Below, one piece after another: positions 23,131 through 32,529 of a DNA stretch of 64,000 nt; position 1 is the first letter of the stretch; every line of letters begins with the position of its first letter. The position numbers and the translations under genes are program-made. The DNA lies in assembly GCA_963752285.1 (NCBI GenBank), contig CAVVXN010000003.1, positions 64,001-128,000 on the forward strand. The letters run 5' to 3'. Under the pieces are notes generated by a model, which was not told the origin of the DNA, did no database searches, and was given only the letters and a program-made list of their open reading frames with translations. Source of the DNA: an uncultured Planctomycetota bacterium (GTDB taxonomy: Bacteria; Planctomycetota; PLA2; JAEUHO01).

Positions 23131-25776
23131 TCACTCCCCGAGGAGCGGCGAGAAGCGGTAGTACGTCTCGAGCGTCAGCACGGACATCGAGGTGCTGAAG
23201 AGGCGTCCACCGTTCAAGACCGCGGTGTCGGGGTCCCACGAGCCGGCGAGGTCGGGCGGCGAGACACGCTGGTGTTCCGGGTACATGCGCTTGATCTTGT
23301 CGTTCCACGCGCGCCAGTACCGACCGCCCATCTGGTACATCGCGAGCGTGCCGTAGTACCAGAAGTAGTGGTACCAGGCGAGCGTCTGGCCGCGTTCCAG
23401 CCCCTTCATCCACGTGGGCAGGTAGTCCATCAGGTAGTTCGCGGAGCCGATCATGTACGGATGGCTGCGGTGCCATCCCATGAAGAAGCGACACGCCATG
23501 CCCGCGGCCGTCATCGAGGTCTGCTGCAGCGCCGACTTCTCCTGGCCGCTCAGCTCGAAGTAGCCCGTGAACGCCTTGAAATACCGGCGGGCACCCACCT
23601 CGTAGTCGTAGTCGCTGGACATGTCGTCGGGAGTCTCGTACTCGCCCGTGATGTCGTACGCGCAGCGTTCCAGCCACGAGTCGATCCCGTCGATGGCGCG
23701 TTGCGGCACGTAGAGCCCCGCGAGCATGCCCGACTTCATCGTCATCAACACCCACGAGGTACACGAGGTGTCGCACTCCGAGTAGCGCGGCCCGTACCGC
23801 CAGCCCCCACCCGGCGTCTGAACGCGCGCGAGGTAGTCGATGCCCCATTGCGCGGGGGCCTTCATCTCCTCGAACCCGCCGATGGAGTAGGTCTCCGTCA
23901 CGCCCCACACGCCCATGGAGATCACGTAGGCGAAGATCCAGGACTTGTCGCCGCCGCCCGTGACGGGGTACCCGCCGTCGTAGTACTGCGTCGCCGCGAG
24001 GAACTCCGCCGCGCGCCGGATCGTCTCGCTGTACTTGCCGGACTGGGCGTGATAGCCGGCGCCGAGGAAGGCCAGGAGCGCGAGACCCGTGTAGGCGGGC
24101 TCGCAGCCCACGACGCCGCCGAACCCCTTCTCGTTCCCGTCCCAGTCTCCGATCGGGTGCTGCTGGAGCTCCAGCCAGCGGAGGCCGCTCTCGACCGATC
24201 GCTCGGTCTCGTGCGCGAGGCCATAGAGGCCCTTCTCGATCGCCTGTCGCCGGTTCGCCGAGCGGTCCACCCGCTCGAGCATCGTGTGGAGGGGGTCCTT
24301 CTCGGCGGCGAACCACTTGCGCCAGAGATCGGGCTTTGGCCCGAACCGGTGTCCCGTCAGGCGCTCGAGGGCGAACTGGACCTCGCGCATGACCACGTCG
24401 TTGTCGGAGTGGCTCTCGATCAGGCCCAGCAGCGTCTCGAACGCGGCGGGGACCCGTATGTAGCCGAGCGCCCGCACCGCGTTCATCTCGTAGTCGCGCG
24501 GCTTCTTCCCCGCGTTGCTCGCGGCCGCGCCGAGCTCCTTCACCGCCTGCGTGGGGTCCGCCCCCTCGAGGGCGCGGGCGGCGAACATCCGCACGGTGCG
24601 CGACTTGTCGAACACCGCCGCCTTCGAGAGGGCCTTGGACGCCTCCGAGACGCCGAACATCCCGGAGAGCTCCATCCCCGTCAGCTCCGCGTCCTCCGCG
24701 CTGGACTCCACGATCTTCGGGAGCCGCGTGCGCAGGATCTCCTGGGCGGGCCTGCCGATGCGGATGAGGGCCTGCCGGGCGGCGTCCCTCGCCTCCCAGG
24801 AGCTCTCGCCCTCGACCATCGAGACGAGCCGCTCGATCACCTCCGGCGGCACGGAGGAGGCCTTCGCGCCGGCGTCCGGCGTCGTGGAGGCGGCGAAGCC
24901 GCCGCGCCAGGCCAGGTGCGAGATGGCCAGGGCCGCCGCGTCCCGGAAGTCCTGCTGGCTGTGCTTCGTCAGGGCGAGCAGGTCGGGGAGGTCGGCGAGG
25001 GACGCGAGGTCCGTCACGGCCTTCAGGTTGGCCTGCGCCGTCTCCCGCTTGGGGGAGCCTGCCGTGAGGACGTGGAGGAACGGGCCGATCCCGTCCGCAT
25101 AGCCGAGGCGTCGGAGCGCCCACACGGCGAAGAGGCCGGGGTACGCACCCTTCTCCTTCCGCACCAGGCCGGCGAGCGACTCGAAGAAGCTCGCGTCGCC
25201 GACGTGGGCCGCGGCGGCGCACGCCGCCACCTTCACCTCGTCCACGCGGCCCTTGACGCCCTTCAGCACCGCATCCTTGACGTGCTTGAACGGCGCGTCC
25301 TTCGTGGGCCGGATGCGACCGCACATCATGAGCGCCTCGGTCTGGAGCTCGGGTGTGCGCCGACCGGAGGCGAGCGTCGCGAGCTCCTCGTCCACGATCG
25401 GGTCGCCCCACGCGCCGAGCACGCGGGCGAGGCGCATGAGGGCGGCGTCGTCCTTCGCCTTCGAGGCCTTGTCGAGCCAGTGCTCGGCCGCCCGCCTCTG
25501 CTCCTTGTCGTCGCCGGGCCACGCCATCGTGTGGAGCGCCTCGCCGCAGGCGATGGAGAGGTGCGGATACGTGGTCTCGTATCCGGCGTCGAGGAGCGGG
25601 ATCGCGGCGGACGGGTCCTTCGCCTCGGCGGCCTGCTGGATCGACTGGAAGACCTCGTCGGGATCCGTCGCGGAGAACCGCTTCTTCCAGCCTTCCTCGG
25701 TGGCGCCCGCGCGGGGGAGGGCGGCCAGGAGGAAGAGCAACAGGAGGAGCGGACACGACGTGAGAATCCGGCGCAC
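23131..25776 (-). CDS. exported HEAT-repeat plus prenyltransferase/squalene-oxidase-repeat protein
   Basis: Signal peptide, HEAT-like repeats, then QW-type repeats (QQHPIGDW, QYYDGGY, QTPGGGWRY), 'YFWYYGTLAMYQMGG' and 'GSWDP'. GGAGG RBS precedes the GTG. Confidence 0.82.
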   Translation of the reverse strand: MRRILTSCPLLLLLFLLAALPRAGATEEGWKKRFSATDPDEVFQSIQQAAEAKDPSAAIPLLDAGYETTYPHLSIACGEALHTMAWPGDDKEQRRAAEHWLDKASKAKDDAALMRLARVLGAWGDPIVDEELATLASGRRTPELQTEALMMCGRIRPTKDAPFKHVKDAVLKGVKGRVDEVKVAACAAAAHVGDASFFESLAGLVRKEKGAYPGLFAVWALRRLGYADGIGPFLHVLTAGSPKRETAQANLKAVTDLASLADLPDLLALTKHSQQDFRDAAALAISHLAWRGGFAASTTPDAGAKASSVPPEVIERLVSMVEGESSWEARDAARQALIRIGRPAQEILRTRLPKIVESSAEDAELTGMELSGMFGVSEASKALSKAAVFDKSRTVRMFAARALEGADPTQAVKELGAAASNAGKKPRDYEMNAVRALGYIRVPAAFETLLGLIESHSDNDVVMREVQFALERLTGHRFGPKPDLWRKWFAAEKDPLHTMLERVDRSANRRQAIEKGLYGLAHETERSVESGLRWLELQQHPIGDWDGNEKGFGGVVGCEPAYTGLALLAFLGAGYHAQSGKYSETIRRAAEFLAATQYYDGGYPVTGGGDKSWIFAYVISMGVWGVTETYSIGGFEEMKAPAQWGIDYLARVQTPGGGWRYGPRYSECDTSCTSWVLMTMKSGMLAGLYVPQRAIDGIDSWLERCAYDITGEYETPDDMSSDYDYEVGARRYFKAFTGYFELSGQEKSALQQTSMTAAGMACRFFMGWHRSHPYMIGSANYLMDYLPTWMKGLERGQTLAWYHYFWYYGTLAMYQMGGRYWRAWNDKIKRMYPEHQRVSPPDLAGSWDPDTAVLNGGRLFSTSMSVLTLETYYRFSPLLGE

Positions 25777-25919
25777 GAGGTCCTCCGCGAAGGACGCCCA
25801 TTCTAGGGACGAACGTCGGGCGCCCGGCCGCCGCGGCGGGAAACCGCGGGAATTCGACGAACGCGGGCGCGAACCCGGGGGTTCGCGCCCGCGCGACGAG
25901 GGGACCGGGGGTGGCCGGT

Positions 25920-26963
25920 CTACTTGTCGGAACGCTCCTCCTCGACGAGGCGGGCGAGCCGCTTGTCGATCCGGCGAAGCAGGTCCTCGATCCGGGCGAA
26001 GTGGTCGGCGGGGGTCCCCTTCGGACCCCGGGCGGCGCGGCGACCGGGGCCGCGGCCGCGGCCCTCGCCCCGCCGGTCCGAGGGTGCACGGACGCGCATG
26101 TGGAGTCCGGGCGCGTCGTCGTCGCCCCGGGCCCGTCCCGGTCCGCGTTCGCCGTCGCCGAAGAGCGCTCGGAGCAGCCGTGTGCGCATCATCGCTCGCC
26201 GCGCCCCGGCCATCCGCTCCCTGCGGGGCATGGGGCCGGCCTCGTCGCGGTCTTCGTCGCCGCGCATGCCGCGGCCCATGCCGGGACCCATGCCGGGACC
26301 CATGCCGCGCCCCATGCCGGGACCCATGCCGTGGTCCATGTCACGACCCATGCCGCGCCCCATGTCGCGGTCCATGCCACCGGGACCGCGGTCGCCGTCC
26401 CGGGGCCCGCGCATGCGCATCGCGCCGCCCATCGGGCCGGGCATCGCGCGGTCCGTCCCGCCGCGCATGTCGCCCGCCATCGGGCCGCGCGGTCCACCGG
26501 CGCGCTGCTGGAGCGCCCGGACGAGGTTCTGTACGTGCTTCTCGAGCGCGGCGACGCGCTGCTCGAGACGGTGGTTCGCCTCGGCGAGGCGACGGACGTA
26601 GGGCGGCACGTCGGACCGCGCGTCCTTCGGAGCGTCCTTGCCGCGCTCGGCGTGGGCGCGGGGCGGCCGCGCCGGGGCAGGACGATCCGCGCCGTCCCGC
26701 GCGGGGGCGAGGTCTACGAGTCGCGCGACCAGGCGACGCCGGAGCTCCTGTGCGCGCGCCGTGACGTTCGCGGGCCGGATCTCGCCGACGCCGGTCGCGT
26801 GCGGCGCCGCATCCGCGTCGAGCAGGCGCTCGAGCTCTTTCGTGAGTCGCTGGATCTCGGCGCGTGCGCGGGCGACCGAGGCGTCGGGCGCGTCGTCGTC
26901 GGCGCGCGCGAGGGGCGCGAGCACGACGAGGGCGAAGGTGAGGGAAGCGACGATTTTCAACAT
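25920..26963 (-). CDS. exported coiled-coil protein with Met/Gly-rich tetrapeptide repeats
   Basis: Signal peptide MLKIVASLTFALVVLAPLARA; coiled coils; (MGPG/MGRG/MDRD)n. Confidence 0.7.
   Translation of the reverse strand: MLKIVASLTFALVVLAPLARADDDAPDASVARARAEIQRLTKELERLLDADAAPHATGVGEIRPANVTARAQELRRRLVARLVDLAPARDGADRPAPARPPRAHAERGKDAPKDARSDVPPYVRRLAEANHRLEQRVAALEKHVQNLVRALQQRAGGPRGPMAGDMRGGTDRAMPGPMGGAMRMRGPRDGDRGPGGMDRDMGRGMGRDMDHGMGPGMGRGMGPGMGPGMGRGMRGDEDRDEAGPMPRRERMAGARRAMMRTRLLRALFGDGERGPGRARGDDDAPGLHMRVRAPSDRRGEGRGRGPGRRAARGPKGTPADHFARIEDLLRRIDKRLARLVEEERSDK
26265..26378. repeat. 12-bp periodic coding repeat (CCATG every 12 nt)
   Basis: cccatgccggga-type units encode the MGxG repeats. 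Confidence 0.8.
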
Positions 26964-27084
26964 GATGGTTCCCGTGGGACTGAGGGGTGTCCGGACCGGG
27001 CGCCCGCTCGGGACGCCCGGCGCCATCCCTTGAAACCCGCCCCGGGGGGAAGGGTGACGGGGCCTCCGGCGGTAGCCTGTGCCC

Positions 27085-27465
27085 GTGGGACCCGTGCCGC
27101 TCAGAAACCTCGTCCTCCCCGGCGCCGGGTTCTCCCTCCTCCTGCTGGCGGCGGCCGGGGTGCTCTTCTCCTCGGGTCGCGACCCGCGCGCCGCCCTCTA
27201 CCGGGAGGCGACCCGCACCCTCTCGCTCGCCGAGGGGGGCGACGGCTCGGCGGCGCCCGACCTGGCGCACTGGGCCCTCGATCGCCGGGGCTGGCTCGGG
27301 CAGATCGCCGGGCTCGAGGTCTTGCCCGACGGCTCCGAGGGGCGGGTGGAGGTCGTCTGGTCCGATCCGGAGGGGCGCGCGCGCGCGCTCGAGGTCCTCG
27401 GGTTCGGCCGGGCGCCCGACGGGGGGTGGCGGTTCACCGGGAGCCGTCCCGAGGCCCTCCGGTAG
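27085..27465 (+). CDS. hypothetical protein with N-terminal membrane anchor
   Basis: Hydrophobic N-terminus; TAGCCT 6 nt upstream of GTG 27085. Confidence 0.55.
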   Translation: MGPVPLRNLVLPGAGFSLLLLAAAGVLFSSGRDPRAALYREATRTLSLAEGGDGSAAPDLAHWALDRRGWLGQIAGLEVLPDGSEGRVEVVWSDPEGRARALEVLGFGRAPDGGWRFTGSRPEALR

Positions 27466-27553
27466 GCGGCGGCGCGGCGGGACGCCCGGGAGGGCGTGCC
27501 CGGCCCCGTCCGGCGGCGTTTGGATAGGGGCCCCCACCTCCCCGGAGCGACCC

Positions 27554-28495
27554 ATGCCCCGTGCCCGCCTCCTCCTTCCCGCCGTCCTCCTCCTCGTCCT
27601 CGCCTCGGCGCCGCGCGCGCGGGCCGACGTCCTCGAGCTCCGGGACGGCCGCCTGGTCGAGGGCGTCGTCTCGCGGACCGGCGACACGTACGTCGTGTAC
27701 AGCCGGTTCGGCGCGACCGAGGTCCCCGTCGCCGACGTGGTCTCCCGGAGCGAGTCGAAGCCCGTGGACCTGCAGGTCGCCGAGCACCTCGCCAAGCTCG
27801 ACCCCGACGACATGGCGAGCCGGGCCCGGCTCGCGAAGTGGCTGCTCGACATCGGGCGGGAGGAGGAGGCCCGGGAGATGGCGGGTGAGGTGCTCGAGAC
27901 CGACCCCGAGTGCGCCCTGGCCCACGAGGTCCTCGGTCACGTGCGCCATGGCGGCGTCTGGATGACCCCGGACGAGGCGAAGCGAGCCGACGGCCTGGAG
28001 CGCCACGGCGACGCCTGGTACACGCCCGAGGAGTGGGCCCGCACGACGGGCGCCGCGCGCGAGAAGGCGCTCGAGGCCGAACGCGACGCCGCCAAGCGCC
28101 AGATCGCGGAGGACGTGAACCGGGCGGTCCGACTGATGCTGAGCCCCGACCCCAAGGTCCGGGCCCGCGGCCGCGAGCACCTGGTCGCGCTCGCGAAGGA
28201 GTACGAGAACCCCTCGCTCGCGAAGCTCGCCCACGACGTGGACGCGTACGTCGAGAAGCTCGACGAGATGCGCAAGGCCGAGGCGGCGGCGCTCGCCGGC
28301 GGGGGGGGCGGGGACCGCGGCGTCGTCCTGGGAGAGATCCGGGCGACCTTCGCGAAGCTCAAGCGGCCGATCAAGGTGTTCGAGACCTCGCTCGCCAGCA
28401 ACATCGGCGGCGCGCCCGTCCGGATCCAGCTCCCGGAGCTCGAGGTGATCCGGGTCCGGACCGTGGCGGCGATCCCCGCCGTGATCGACGACTGA
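27554..28495 (+). CDS. exported hypothetical protein
   Basis: Signal peptide ending ARA; 'DVLELRDGRLVEG', 'LAHEVLGHVRHGGVWMT' and 'GLERHGDAWYT' motifs of the kind seen in planctomycete exported proteins. Confidence 0.75.
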   Translation: MPRARLLLPAVLLLVLASAPRARADVLELRDGRLVEGVVSRTGDTYVVYSRFGATEVPVADVVSRSESKPVDLQVAEHLAKLDPDDMASRARLAKWLLDIGREEEAREMAGEVLETDPECALAHEVLGHVRHGGVWMTPDEAKRADGLERHGDAWYTPEEWARTTGAAREKALEAERDAAKRQIAEDVNRAVRLMLSPDPKVRARGREHLVALAKEYENPSLAKLAHDVDAYVEKLDEMRKAEAAALAGGGGGDRGVVLGEIRATFAKLKRPIKVFETSLASNIGGAPVRIQLPELEVIRVRTVAAIPAVIDD

Positions 28496-28646
28496 CAAGC
28501 AGGCAGCCCCCGCCTCCCGGCTCCACGTCGCGGCTGACAAGGTGACAGGCGCCCCGCGGGCGAGGCCGACCCGGAGGGGCCCGGGCGTCGGCCGAAGCCC
28601 TTGGCGTCCAAGGGGTTCGGGGCCGCGTCCGTCGCGAGGCGCCCAC

Positions 28647-28661
28647 TGGCACCGGGCTTGC
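28647..28661 (+). promoter_or_regulatory. sigma54 -24/-12 promoter
   Basis: Exact TGGCAC-N5-TTGC (tggcaccgggcttgc) just upstream of ATG 28678. Confidence 0.72.
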
Positions 28662-28677
28662 CTAGGTGACGTCGACC

Positions 28678-29088
28678 ATGACGCCGGCCCCGTCGGTCCT
28701 GATCGGTCTCGCACCGACGCAGACGGACCTTCGAAGTCGGCTCGTGGGGTGGGTGCGCGAGATGGGGTACGAGCCGTCGGTCGCCGCCGACGGACCTCAG
28801 GCCGTCGCGTGGGCCCACCAGCGGGTCTTCGCCGCGTCCCTGCTGGCGTGTGGGGTCGAGGCGGCGGCCGGCGTCGAGGTATGGCGGTCGGTCCACCCGG
28901 TCCTGGGGAGGCGTCTGGTCCTGATGGTCCGTGACCCCCGCCGGGATCTGTGGTTCGAAGCGCTCGAGGAGGGCGTCGGCGCGGTGTTGCCGATTCCCCC
29001 CGAACAGCCCATGGTCCGGGAGGCGCTCCGCGTCGCGACGGCTCCGAGGCCGAGGTTCGTGGATCGCCCGATCCGACGTCCCATCTGA
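28678..29088 (+). CDS. degenerate receiver-like domain protein
   Basis: 'LVGWVREMGYEPSVAADGPQAV' and 'EALEEGVGAVLPIP' resemble REC, but the acidic pocket, phospho-Asp and Lys are absent. Confidence 0.55.
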   Translation: MTPAPSVLIGLAPTQTDLRSRLVGWVREMGYEPSVAADGPQAVAWAHQRVFAASLLACGVEAAAGVEVWRSVHPVLGRRLVLMVRDPRRDLWFEALEEGVGAVLPIPPEQPMVREALRVATAPRPRFVDRPIRRPI

Positions 29089-29134
29089 GTTCGCGGGCCT
29101 TCGCGAGAGGCCCGGATAAGGGAGTGCTGGCCCG

Positions 29135-29479
29135 ATGGCGAAGCCGAAGTTGAAGCCGCTGTACGACAAGGTCCTCGTGGAGCGCCTGAAGGCGGAGGAC
29201 AAGACCGCGGGCGGGATCCATCTCCCCGACACCGCGAAGGAGAAGCCGACCGAGGGCCGCGTCATCGCGACCGGCGACGGCCGGCTCACCGACGCGGGCG
29301 AGCGCGTGGCCCCCAGCGTTTCGGCCGGGGACGACGTGCTCTTCGGTTCCTACGCGGGGACCGAGGTGAAGTCCGAGGGCAAGCCGTACCTCATCCTCGA
29401 CGAGAGCGAGATCCTCGCCATCGTCGACGACAAGCCGTGGCACAAGGCGTCCGCCGCGAAGGGCGGGAAGAAGAAGTAA
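29135..29479 (+). CDS. groES: co-chaperonin GroES
   Basis: [32 protein letters not shown] and ESEILA motifs. Confidence 0.97.
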   Translation: MAKPKLKPLYDKVLVERLKAEDKTAGGIHLPDTAKEKPTEGRVIATGDGRLTDAGERVAPSVSAGDDVLFGSYAGTEVKSEGKPYLILDESEILAIVDDKPWHKASAAKGGKKK

Positions 29480-29511
29480 GGCCGTCGGGCCGAGCAACTG
29501 GAGAGCCTCGA

Positions 29512-31188
29512 ATGAGCGCCAAGCAGATCGTCTACAACCAGGACGCCCGCGAGCGGATCCGTTCCGGCGTGCGTCAGCTCGCGCGAGCGGTCAAGGTCAC
29601 CCTCGGCCCGCGCGGCCGCAACGTCGTGATCCAGAAGTCCTTCGGCAGCCCGACCGTCACCAAGGACGGCGTCACGGTGGCGAAGGAGGTCGAGATCAAG
29701 GACCCCTACGAGAACATCGGGGCCCAGATGGTGAAGGAGGTCGCGTCCAAGACCTCGGACGTGGCCGGCGACGGCACCACGACCGCCACCGTCCTCGCGG
29801 AGGCGATCTTCGAGGAGGGCCTCAAGAACGTGGCCGCGGGCGCCAGCCCCATCGGGATCAAGAACGGCATCCACGCCGCCGTCGAGGCCGTCACGGCTCA
29901 GCTGAAGAAGATGAGCACGCCGGTCAAGGGCAGCAAGGAGATCGCGCAGATCGGTGCGATCGCCGCCAACAACGACATGAAGATCGGCGAGCAGATCGCG
30001 CAGGCGATGGACCGCGTCGGCAAGGACGGCGTGATCACCGTCGAAGAGGGCAAGGGCCTCGAGGACGAGGTCGAGTGGGTCGAGGGGATGCAGTTCGACA
30101 AGGGCTACCTCTCGCCGCACTTCATCACGAAGCCCGAGGACATGACGTGCGAGCTGTCGGACGCGTACGTGCTCGTCCACGAGAAGAAGCTGTCGTCGGT
30201 GAAGGACCTCCTGCCCCTGCTCGAGAAGGTCGCGAAGAGCGGGAAGGCCCTGCTCGTGGTGGCCGAGGACGTCGAGGGCGAGGCCCTCGCGACGCTCGTC
30301 GTGAACCGGCTGCGCGGCACGTTCCAGTGCTGCGCGGTGAAGGCGCCCGGCTTCGGCGACCGCCGCAAGGCCATGCTCCAGGACATCGCGGCGCTCACGG
30401 GCGCCACGCCGGTCATGGAGGACCTGGGCATCGACGTGCAGAACCTCGACCTGAAGGACCTCGGCTCCGCGAAGCGGATCGCGGTGGACAAGGAGACCAC
30501 GACCCTGATCGAGGGTGGTGGCAAGCGCGAAGACATCCGCGCCCGCATCGAGCAGATCAAGTCCGAGCTCGACAAGACGACGTCGGACTACGATCGTGAG
30601 AAGCTCGAGGAGCGCCTCGCGAAGCTCGCCGGCGGCGTGGCCCAGATCAACGTGGGGGCGGCGACCGAGGCCGAGATGAAGGAGCGCAAGGCGCGCGTCG
30701 AGGACGCGCTCCACGCGACCCGCGCAGCCGTCGAAGAGGGCGTCCTCCCCGGCGGCGGCGTCGCCCTGCTGCGCTGCCAGGCGGTCCTCGACGGGCTCAC
30801 CAAGAAGGCCGACGGCGACGAGCAGATCGGCATCCAGATCGTGCGCCGCGCGCTGGAGGCGCCGCTGCGCCAGATCGCCGCGAACGCCGGCGTGGACGGC
30901 TCGATCGTCGTGCAGAAGGTGCGCGAGGCCAAGGCCAACGAGTACGGCTACAACGCCGCGACCGACACGTACGAGGACCTGACCGCCGCCGGCGTGATCG
31001 ACCCGACGAAGGTCGTGCGCACCGCGTTGCAGAACGCGGCATCCATCTCGACCCTCCTCCTCACGACGGAGGCCGTGATCTCGGAGCTCCCGGAGGAGAA
31101 GAAGAAGGCCCCGGCCGGCGCCGGCGGCATGGGCGGGATGGGGGGCATGGGCGGTATGGGTGGCATGGGGGGCATGGGCGGCTTCTGA
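29512..31188 (+). CDS. groEL: chaperonin GroEL
   Basis: [21 protein letters not shown] and (GGM)n tail. Confidence 0.98.
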   Translation: MSAKQIVYNQDARERIRSGVRQLARAVKVTLGPRGRNVVIQKSFGSPTVTKDGVTVAKEVEIKDPYENIGAQMVKEVASKTSDVAGDGTTTATVLAEAIFEEGLKNVAAGASPIGIKNGIHAAVEAVTAQLKKMSTPVKGSKEIAQIGAIAANNDMKIGEQIAQAMDRVGKDGVITVEEGKGLEDEVEWVEGMQFDKGYLSPHFITKPEDMTCELSDAYVLVHEKKLSSVKDLLPLLEKVAKSGKALLVVAEDVEGEALATLVVNRLRGTFQCCAVKAPGFGDRRKAMLQDIAALTGATPVMEDLGIDVQNLDLKDLGSAKRIAVDKETTTLIEGGGKREDIRARIEQIKSELDKTTSDYDREKLEERLAKLAGGVAQINVGAATEAEMKERKARVEDALHATRAAVEEGVLPGGGVALLRCQAVLDGLTKKADGDEQIGIQIVRRALEAPLRQIAANAGVDGSIVVQKVREAKANEYGYNAATDTYEDLTAAGVIDPTKVVRTALQNAASISTLLLTTEAVISELPEEKKKAPAGAGGMGGMGGMGGMGGMGGMGGF

Positions 31189-31336
31189 GCCCCACGCCCA
31201 CGGACCTTGGCCGCGCGGGCCGTACGACTCCGGGTCGTGCGGCCCGCTCCGTTTCCGGGACGATCGGCGGGAGAGATCGGAACCCGCTTTGCTGACCTGC
31301 CGCGAGGGATCGCGACCAAGGAACGGAGCGAATCCG

Positions 31337-31738
31337 ATGCGCATCGGCACCACCGCACTGTGGCTGGCCCTCTCGGCCCTCCCGTTCGCCGGGCTCACCG
31401 CCTGTGGGGACGAGAGCCCTTCCCTCCGGCGCCTCCAGGAGGACCTCGACAAGGCCTGGCAGGACGCCAAGGCGTGGGGCGTCGAGAAGCGGAAGGAGGC
31501 GGAAGCCCTCTACGACGAGAAGGAGAAGGAGCTCGAGGCGGAGTGGGAGGCGGCGAAGGACCGTGTCCAGCGCTCGGGCAAGGAGAGCTCGGCGAAGGTC
31601 GAGGCGAAGTGGGACCGCGTCCAGCAGAGGCTGGCGGACATGAAGAACGCGTCGAAGGACGCCTGGGCGGAGGCCCGGGACGCGTTCGTGAAGGCCTACG
31701 AGGACTTCCGCGAGACCGTCCGCGAGCACGCCGACTGA
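31337..31738 (+). CDS. putative helical lipoprotein
   Basis: LTAC lipobox; K/E/A-rich amphipathic helices. Confidence 0.7.
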   Translation: MRIGTTALWLALSALPFAGLTACGDESPSLRRLQEDLDKAWQDAKAWGVEKRKEAEALYDEKEKELEAEWEAAKDRVQRSGKESSAKVEAKWDRVQQRLADMKNASKDAWAEARDAFVKAYEDFRETVREHAD

Positions 31739-31754
31739 TCCGGGGCGCTCGCCT

Positions 31755-32201
31755 TCAGGAGGCGTTTGCGCGGATCGCGTCGCGGATCTCGGTCAGGAGG
31801 ACCTCCTCGTGCGTCGGCGGCGGCGCGGCCGGCGACTCGGGGGGCGGCGGGGCGAGGAGACGGTTCATCTGCCGGACCAGCACGAAAACGGCGAACGCCA
31901 CGATCAGGAAGTTCAGGACGGCGTTCAGGAACACGCCGTAGTTGATCGTGACGGCGCCGGCGGCCTTCGCGGCCTCCAGCGTGTCGAAGCTCCCGCCCTT
32001 CAGCGTGAGGAAGAGGTTCGTCATGTCCACGCCGCCGAGCAGGAGCCCGAGCGGCGGCATGATCAGGTCCTTCACGATCGAGCTCACGACGGTCGTGAAG
32101 GCGGCCCCGATGATGATGCCGACCGCCAGGTCGAGCGCGTTGCCGCGCGCCGCGAACTTCTTGAACTCCGCGAGGAACCCACCCACGGACGATCTCGACA
32201 T
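31755..32201 (-). CDS. mscL: large-conductance mechanosensitive channel
   Basis: EFKKFAARGNALDLAVGIIIGAAF, NYGVFLNAVLNFLIVAF and LLTEIRD motifs. Confidence 0.96.
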   Translation of the reverse strand: MSRSSVGGFLAEFKKFAARGNALDLAVGIIIGAAFTTVVSSIVKDLIMPPLGLLLGGVDMTNLFLTLKGGSFDTLEAAKAAGAVTINYGVFLNAVLNFLIVAFAVFVLVRQMNRLLAPPPPESPAAPPPTHEEVLLTEIRDAIRANAS

Positions 32202-32529
32202 GGCCACACTCCTCATCCGACGCCAGGGGCCGGACCTGTAGCACGCCGGCCGGTCCGCGCCCAGCGGGCCGATCGGCACGCGAGTGCCGAAGCGCCGGAC
32301 GTCCGGCAAAACCGACCCGCAAGTCGGCGTTGGGAGCGAGGCCCCGGGCCCCGCCCCCCCGCGTCTTTGGGGAGCCCGAGCACGCGGCGCACGGCTCGGT
32401 CGCCATGGGTTCTCGACGCCTTCTCGACGGTCGTTCTCCCGTATGAGGAGACCGTCGGTGCCGACGAGGCGCCGACCCGCGCCCGCCGACTCGACGAGGG
32501 AGCCTCTGACCTTGCCGTACGCTCTGGCC

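Noticed and set aside
29089..29134. CIRCE operator before groES
   Set aside because: Only a half-site-like GAGTGCTGG overlapping the RBS; no matching left arm.
31123..31185. 9-bp tandem repeat
   Set aside because: Ordinary GGM tail of GroEL.
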